The translations under genes and the position numbers were made by a program. Below are positions 58,187 to 64,000 of a stretch of 64,000 nt of DNA, piece after piece. Positions within the stretch are counted from its first letter, which is position 1. Each line of letters starts with the position of its first letter. Origin of the DNA: a virus; IMG/VR virus record IMGVR_UViG_3300045988_165032; one strand, given 5' to 3'. The notes under the pieces were generated by a model. That model was not told the DNA's origin, did not search any database, and worked only from the letters and a program-made list of their open reading frames with translations.

Positions 58187-59779
58187 TCAACCTTGAGATT
58201 CTATATTTTTCATAGTTTTTTCACTTTTCTCATCATCAGCTTTTTCTTTTCTGCCCGCTTTCTTTTCTTCTCCATCTTCCGCAGTTTTTGCTTGGCTTAA
58301 TGCTTCCACGTTCATAGTGCTAGACATTAAAGGCGGAATAAATAGATTTACTAAATCTAAAACGTCATTTTCAAAATAAGCATTAGCTAAAATTGAACTT
58401 TGAGATTGACCTAGAGCTATTTGCGGTAACATCTTAGAATAACCTAATTGAGTCTGTTCTTTATACAATTTAGCCATCTCTTTATAATTATAAATTGTTG
58501 TAGTTAAAATCTGTGCTTTATAGTATACTTTTTTTGGATTCTTATTAAAAGGTTTTAATAATGTATTTAAAAACCCTTCAAATTGAATTAATAAATTATA
58601 CATGGAAGCTTCGTCATTCAAAATAGATTTTTCTAAGGCAATATTTCCATCTGTGTTAAATTGCATCTGAGAAACTCCAGCTTCATTATAAACTGCACGC
58701 TCAACCTTTTCCAATTCATCAACAGTAGTGGTGGAACTCTTATCAGCCATATCCGCAACTTCAACATCAGCAAAAGTAGTTAAAACATCTATCCCAATCG
58801 CTTTTCCTAACATTTTCACAGCGTTATTATGTAACTGTTGAGCTTCTTCTACATCAAAAATCAAATCTCCATTTTTATCAACAGGCATTTTCTGAATGAT
58901 AATTTTTAATAGTTTTTGTTGCATTTTCTTTCTATCTAGCTCTTGTGCAGCATCTAGATCTATAATTGCGGGAATGACTGAAATAAAAGCCGGAAAGTCA
59001 TCTCCATTCAAGTTAAATTTTATTACGTTATCAATGTTTAATAGATACCACCCAGATGTATCTCCAGCAAAATCAGCTTTTAATTTTCCTTCTTTGTAAA
59101 GAATATAAGCTTTCTTAAATTCCGCGGGAAACAGATTTAGCATTTTCATCTTTTGAGTTGTATCTCTAAATGCTTCATCAAAAAATCTCATATTAAACTC
59201 TACCGCAGGACGTCCATTAACACTAAATCTTGAACGGCAATATTTAGGCGGCAATTCTTGTATTACCATTCGATCTTTTTGGGGGATCAAATATCCATAA
59301 TAACAGCCATTCTTAATAACTTTTAATGCAACTTCCCCAAAAAAACGTTTAGCCTCAAAGTTATCTAAATACATTAAAGCTTTATTAAATCCATCTAATA
59401 CTTTTTCTGGCTTTAAATTATCTGAATTAATATAAGGAGTAATTAACCAATCATATCTATATAAATATGCCATATATCTACAAAGTCTATTATAAATACC
59501 ACTAGTTTTATAAAAGAAATTAGATATATCTCTCATTGTTTCATAGTCTCCATTATTAATAGCTCGTAAAACTTCTTTTTTATCAGCTAACCTAGGATTG
59601 ATTTTTTTTAGTTCTCCTAAGTTTACAATAGCGTCATCTAAAGTTTTTATCCCGACCTTGATTTTAGAAAAGTCTACTGCATTAAAAGATTGAGCATATA
59701 TATCTTCTGTGGAGTCATTAATACTCATTTGGAACCCCTTCTTCTTTATTTCTGCTACTCTATTTATCAAGATATACAC
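58187..59779 (-). CDS. Portal protein (start is either a GTG at 59779 or an ATG at 59728 with a GAAGGGG RBS)
   Basis: About 515-530 aa ORF between the nuclease and protease genes. Acidic C-terminus. Confidence 0.55.
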   Translation of the reverse strand: MYILINRVAEIKKKGFQMSINDSTEDIYAQSFNAVDFSKIKVGIKTLDDAIVNLGELKKINPRLADKKEVLRAINNGDYETMRDISNFFYKTSGIYNRLCRYMAYLYRYDWLITPYINSDNLKPEKVLDGFNKALMYLDNFEAKRFFGEVALKVIKNGCYYGYLIPQKDRMVIQELPPKYCRSRFSVNGRPAVEFNMRFFDEAFRDTTQKMKMLNLFPAEFKKAYILYKEGKLKADFAGDTSGWYLLNIDNVIKFNLNGDDFPAFISVIPAIIDLDAAQELDRKKMQQKLLKIIIQKMPVDKNGDLIFDVEEAQQLHNNAVKMLGKAIGIDVLTTFADVEVADMADKSSTTTVDELEKVERAVYNEAGVSQMQFNTDGNIALEKSILNDEASMYNLLIQFEGFLNTLLKPFNKNPKKVYYKAQILTTTIYNYKEMAKLYKEQTQLGYSKMLPQIALGQSQSSILANAYFENDVLDLVNLFIPPLMSSTMNVEALSQAKTAEDGEEKKAGRKEKADDEKSEKTMKNIESQG

Positions 59780-59844
59780 CTTAACCTTTCTAAGTATAGT
59801 ATAACATAAAATACAATTTTATCTAATTTATTAAAATAAAAATT

Positions 59845-60201
59845 TTAATATCCTGCGGCAGTCATAATATAATCATAATCAAGTCTACCTTCATCCCAAT
59901 AAGGAATGATTACAAGAGGAATATTGTGCTTAGCACAATATTCTCTCTTCTTCATATCATTATATTGTTGCTTCCGCAATCCAGAGATTCCACCAAATTT
60001 GCTCTTTGGTTCATAATGTTGAATACCCTGGAACTCTATTAAAAAATCTAATTCATTATTATCATCTAAAATCGCAAAATCAAATCTGAGGGGTCGACCG
60101 CTAGAACTTACAAGGTCAGAAAAAATATACTCTTCTTTAAAATTCAAACCTGATTCTTGAAGAATTTCTTCAATTTTTATTTCACCTCTACTTGCTCGCA
60201 T
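59845..60201 (-). CDS. Small putative PD-(D/E)xK-type nuclease (DUF559/Vsr-like pattern), possible free-standing homing endonuclease
   Basis: RFDFAILDDNNELDFLIEFQGIQH resembles the D...(D/E)-x-K/Q core. Sits at the terminase-portal junction. Confidence 0.35.
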   Translation of the reverse strand: MRASRGEIKIEEILQESGLNFKEEYIFSDLVSSSGRPLRFDFAILDDNNELDFLIEFQGIQHYEPKSKFGGISGLRKQQYNDMKKREYCAKHNIPLVIIPYWDEGRLDYDYIMTAAGY

Positions 60202-60274
60202 AGCATTTCTCCCTTCTTTTTCATAATACTTTAAAAATACTTCCTCTTTTTTATAAACATTTGTCCATTTTGTT

Positions 60275-62017
60275 TTAGCTAAAGAACATAAAATCTGATA
60301 TATTTCTACTTCGTCTCTTTTTCTTATGGTCTTCTTCCTGTTTTATATAGTACAGTCCATATATAAAAGCAGAAAACTTATCCTTTTTTATACCTCTTGA
60401 AGATTGTTTTAAAATAATATTAACTCCTTCATTTTCTTCAACTAGATTTAGCATTTGTTCTCTTAAAATCGTTGTTAAAACAAAAGGTTTTAAATATTCA
60501 TTTCTTTTATCTGCATCCATATTCTGACCAACTTTTGATGACATTAGCTTAGCTTTAGCTTCAGACTCATCTTTCAAAAATTTAATTTTTCCGCTAGACA
60601 TTTGAGTCTGAGTATATGAATAAGCTTCAGTATTAATTGGTGCATTTGCTTTAATTAAATATAAAGCATTATCTTCCACATCTCCGCCCTTAATTTTTCT
60701 ATAAGGAGCAATAGCATCCTCTGATGTTCCTCCTTCAACTCCAAACGGCGGAAGGGTATCCCCTGTTTCAGGGTCAATCTGTGCCCTTGTCATGAAGTCG
60801 ATGAGTCCAATACCCAAGCCATTTGCATCAATCGAAATAATTTTAGCTTTGTACTTATAATATAATTTCTTTAAATTGATTGCCTGAGTTTCAAAATGCT
60901 CTGCTTCATAAGTATAGATATTAACCAAACTCTTTAAAGCTGCTCCTTGCGGTTGAGGGGTAACTTTGAATATACAAGCTTCAGTTGTACAGCCTATACG
61001 TCCGACGTCCACCCCTATAACATAATAAGCTGATTTACTACTTCTTCCGCTATATTCGTATTCTGGTTGGGATAACACTCTATACCTATCAAACTTTTCA
61101 GAAGAATAAAATGCATTTTCTGCATCTCCGCTCCATTTAGAACGATATTCCCTATCAAAAGAATCTTCTTTAAATGTACCTTGTAATTTGAGTTGCTCTA
61201 CAAAGTCTTCATCCAAAAGACCTTCTGCAACAGGTGTTTCATAAGTTCCACCCATAATCATAACTTTATCAGGTTCAATCATTGACTGAACCAAAAGCTC
61301 CATCAGTTTATCATATGCAAATGAATTCTTCCACCCAGCTGTTGTAATATATATTTGACTTTTATTAATTATTTCTTCTTTATGTCTAGTTCCATCTGGT
61401 AATAATCTATCAACATTTGTCGTAGGAATTATTATTTCATTTAATATATCTCCGTCTATAAGAACACATTCTTCCATTAAACCACCTGTCCTACGCTGGC
61501 CTCTAGAAGATTGTTTCGCAGCTAATATATTAATAGAAGAATCATTTTTAAAGATATAATTAACATCGTCTTTTGATTTCTTAGAAGCTCCTCTTGACCA
61601 ATCTAATTCATTATTAAGTGCGGGAATGAGCTTACATATTTCTTCAATCTTTGCTATGGTAATACTAGCAGCTTGTTCTTTACCGCCAGTAGTAACAAAT
61701 AAATGTGAGTTAGGATAGAGAATACATCTTAACATAAGAATCATCATAGATAAGAATGATTTACTATACGCACGTGGAAAAGTGGCATACACATATCTAT
61801 GCCGCATTGTAATTCTTAAGAATATTCTCTGGTAAAAAAAGAATTTAAAAGTACTCTCAGGACCTTTCATAAAGTCTACTAAAAGATCTGGATATTCTCT
61901 ATAATAAGCGATTAGTTTTCTTAAATGAGGAAGTTGAGCTTTCAGTCTTTCTTCTGACATGCCCTGCTTCTTAAGGGTTCTAGATTCAGATAAATCTAAT
62001 AAACCTTTTAAACTCAT
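60275..62017 (-). CDS. terL: Terminase large subunit
   Basis: 580 aa. N-terminal ATPase region then a C-terminal RNaseH-like nuclease region (IGVDVGR...D). Immediately upstream of the portal gene. Confidence 0.7.
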   Translation of the reverse strand: MSLKGLLDLSESRTLKKQGMSEERLKAQLPHLRKLIAYYREYPDLLVDFMKGPESTFKFFFYQRIFLRITMRHRYVYATFPRAYSKSFLSMMILMLRCILYPNSHLFVTTGGKEQAASITIAKIEEICKLIPALNNELDWSRGASKKSKDDVNYIFKNDSSINILAAKQSSRGQRRTGGLMEECVLIDGDILNEIIIPTTNVDRLLPDGTRHKEEIINKSQIYITTAGWKNSFAYDKLMELLVQSMIEPDKVMIMGGTYETPVAEGLLDEDFVEQLKLQGTFKEDSFDREYRSKWSGDAENAFYSSEKFDRYRVLSQPEYEYSGRSSKSAYYVIGVDVGRIGCTTEACIFKVTPQPQGAALKSLVNIYTYEAEHFETQAINLKKLYYKYKAKIISIDANGLGIGLIDFMTRAQIDPETGDTLPPFGVEGGTSEDAIAPYRKIKGGDVEDNALYLIKANAPINTEAYSYTQTQMSSGKIKFLKDESEAKAKLMSSKVGQNMDADKRNEYLKPFVLTTILREQMLNLVEENEGVNIILKQSSRGIKKDKFSAFIYGLYYIKQEEDHKKKRRSRNISDFMFFS

Positions 62018-63213
62018 ATAAAGTCTTCATCCTCTCCTATATAAATTTTTTCATCATTTTCTTTTTCTTTTGCAATATTGTCAAAATAAGTTTGATAATC
62101 TCTATCTTTTAATTCTATTTGATTATAGCCTTTTTCTTTAGCTTCTTCTCTATCTTTCTTCATCGCATCCGCATTTTCTCTCTGCTTAATATAATTTTCT
62201 ATCTGTTGAGCAAGGGATTTATCATCATAAATCAATGATCTCGTATACTCTTTTAAATCCATGATAACCTTATCTACTATATCATTTGGAGCCTCTATCT
62301 TCATTCTTGGAATCTGACCGCCATTTTTTTCACAATAGGCAACCATCTCTCCAATACAGTCTACAAAATCACTTTTTACTTCTTTATTTTGTGCGGCTGT
62401 AAATTTTGCGGATTTACGCAATGAATCGTATACTCTGGATAATTTCTGGTATCCATCCATGTCACCGCAATCGATCGCCTGATTCATCTTTAAATAGGTT
62501 TTACAAATAAGAATTAAAGTTCCTGTAGTATCTGAATCTTGAATATCAAAAGAACTAGTCATCTCTTCATATTTTTTCTCTAATTCAACCCACTCATTTG
62601 GTTTGTATAAACGTCCCCATTTCATAGCTAAGTAAATCTTATCTTCTTGAGTTAATTCCGCGGCGGGATCAATTAATTCATCCTCGCTTATAAAATTATT
62701 TTCATCATAAAAATTGTCAGTTCCAATCTCATTCTTAGGAGCTTTTACCGCCAATTCCGCGTTCTGAGTAGGGGTAGAAACCATTGTTTTGTATTCAGCT
62801 TCAGAAATTTCCCCTTTTTCAAGCTGTTGCTTCATACTCTCTTCAAATTTTTTCTGTTGTTCGAGATCCTCTTGAGTCTTTTTTTCTTTTTCTTGAGCAA
62901 TCTTTTCTGTATCTGCCCAACTATAATTTTTCCACTGTTTTAGCCGCATTTTAGAAAGATATTTTCCAAATACTGACATCCCATTCATTTTATAAGGATC
63001 TTTTGCATAGGCTTTATCCCTTAAAATATTCCATTCTTCTGGAACATATGGAACATCCATCTTTTCTAATGCCCATAGGAAAGTATTAGGTTCAAAATTA
63101 TTTATATGCATAGTTAAACATTTTTTACATAATTCTGTTTTTTTACCATTTTTATATGTATAAAAATTTATTTCATCCATTGATTTTCCGCATTTGTTGC
63201 AAGTATAATTCAT
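62014..63213 (-). CDS. Zinc-ribbon/coiled-coil protein upstream of terL; terminase small subunit candidate
   Basis: N-terminal CNKCGK...CKKC. Overlaps the terL start (ATGA). Confidence 0.3.
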   Translation of the reverse strand: MNYTCNKCGKSMDEINFYTYKNGKKTELCKKCLTMHINNFEPNTFLWALEKMDVPYVPEEWNILRDKAYAKDPYKMNGMSVFGKYLSKMRLKQWKNYSWADTEKIAQEKEKKTQEDLEQQKKFEESMKQQLEKGEISEAEYKTMVSTPTQNAELAVKAPKNEIGTDNFYDENNFISEDELIDPAAELTQEDKIYLAMKWGRLYKPNEWVELEKKYEEMTSSFDIQDSDTTGTLILICKTYLKMNQAIDCGDMDGYQKLSRVYDSLRKSAKFTAAQNKEVKSDFVDCIGEMVAYCEKNGGQIPRMKIEAPNDIVDKVIMDLKEYTRSLIYDDKSLAQQIENYIKQRENADAMKKDREEAKEKGYNQIELKDRDYQTYFDNIAKEKENDEKIYIGEDEDFI

Positions 63214-63225
63214 TATTAGCCTCCT

Positions 63226-64000
63226 TTACTTATTTTTCTTATTTCGACAACATTTACATATACTGTAAAAATGATCTTTGCTTGTCTTATTCTTTGAAAA
63301 AAATTTATTATGAGCTAATTTGATTTCCCCACAGCGGGAACATTTTTTCCATTTTCCCTTCTTCTGAGTCGTATAATACCAAATTAAGTAGTCTTCCTGA
63401 GCTTGCTCTGACAATAGCTTAGGTATCTTATTCCGCCACAAAGATGATATATATTCCACTGAATGTTTTACATTATGCTTTTGATTCAATAGGCTTTGAA
63501 TTTCAAGATTTTGTTTTCCATCTATTTTATAAATCAAGAGGTCATAATACATTGGATAGCTGTCTCTTAAAGTCTTTTCTATTAATGTATCTAAATCTTC
63601 CATTAAAAAGTATGAATCACTATAGAATTTTCCCCATGCATCTTCTTTTAGGCGGGAATAGTTACATAATAACGCAGATACGTGCTTAGGATTAAAAAAA
63701 GAAACTAAGCTATTATCTTCAATTTCATCATCTCCGCTAATAGAAACATTTTCATCAAAATCAATTTTGCTAAAACTTTTAATTGCGTTCATACAATAAA
63801 TTGGCGGCTTATATGCACTTCTAATTACATATTGATCTTGTCTCATAGCAATAAGTTGCTTTTTTAATAAAAATTTCTTTTTACCAACTGCTTTTTTCTC
63901 AGCTTTTTCAACTTCCGCAATCGCGTCTACAAGTTGCTTTAACTCGGGGATTTCCGCAATATCTTGTTGAGTTATTTGAAATTTAGGTGTAAAGATAATA
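63226..64000 (-). CDS. Partial CDS running off the window edge (C-terminal zinc ribbon CSRCGE...CKCC)
   Basis: The reading frame upstream of the listed Met at 63846 stays open to position 64000 (...EIPELKQLVDAIAEVEKAEKKAVGKKKFLLKKQLIAMRQDQ...). Confidence 0.4.
   Translation of the reverse strand, partial: IIFTPKFQITQQDIAEIPELKQLVDAIAEVEKAEKKAVGKKKFLLKKQLIAMRQDQYVIRSAYKPPIYCMNAIKSFSKIDFDENVSISGDDEIEDNSLVSFFNPKHVSALLCNYSRLKEDAWGKFYSDSYFLMEDLDTLIEKTLRDSYPMYYDLLIYKIDGKQNLEIQSLLNQKHNVKHSVEYISSLWRNKIPKLLSEQAQEDYLIWYYTTQKKGKWKKCSRCGEIKLAHNKFFSKNKTSKDHFYSICKCCRNKKNK

Noticed and set aside
1-64000. CRISPR arrays, tRNAs, integrase or repressor genes
   Set aside because: No short direct repeats with spacers, no cloverleaf-compatible gaps and no recombinase or cI-like ORFs were seen. 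The intergenic gaps are accounted for by introns, promoters and terminators.

Overview
This window reads as a contiguous piece of a large, low-GC (about 30%) tailed-phage genome. Coordinates 1-20604 are a plus-strand DNA replication and nucleotide-metabolism module; 20632-64000 are a minus-strand late module. The two converge on a bidirectional hairpin terminator at about 20610-20633.

Plus-strand module (1-20604):
- Sak4/AAA_24-type ATPase, present only as its 3' exon.
- DnaB-type helicase, DnaG-type primase, a small macro-domain protein, a DHH/DHHA1 RecJ-like exonuclease and a RecD/Dda-like helicase.
- A DnaE-type Pol III alpha subunit, a guanylate-kinase-like dNMP kinase, anaerobic ribonucleotide reductase NrdD with its activase NrdG, dUTPase and a RuvC-like resolvase.

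Minus-strand module (20632-64000):
- A terminase gene (with an upstream zinc-ribbon gene), portal, prohead protease-scaffold fusion, major capsid protein and connector genes.
- A major tail protein, a 2843-aa tape measure protein, a 1537-aa tail protein, tail-fibre and baseplate-like proteins.
- A terminal accessory operon after an internal terminator.

The main observation is four self-splicing group I introns, each carrying a homing endonuclease, within about 23 kb:
1. Intron 1 is cut by the window start. It carries an HNH endonuclease and interrupts the Walker A motif of the Sak4-like ATPase.
2. A td-like IA2 intron with a GIY-YIG endonuclease splits the DnaB helicase.
3. A paralogous intron with a GIY-YIG endonuclease splits DnaE. 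Its junctions could be placed exactly (12759|13986).
4. A previously unsuspected intron on the minus strand, with a GIY-YIG endonuclease, splits a late-region gene of unknown function. It has the same P, Q, R and S core elements as intron 1. P1 and P10 pairings and an in-frame exon join support the splice.

Other points: a macro domain beside the primase; three near-consensus TTGAYA-N17-TGnTATAAT promoters; a 42-nt tandem duplication across a gene junction; a C1q/TNF-like (BclA C-terminal-like) protein and a Q/Y-rich protein in the terminal operon.

No integrase, repressor, CRISPR array or tRNA was found. NrdDG implies an anaerobic Firmicute-type host.
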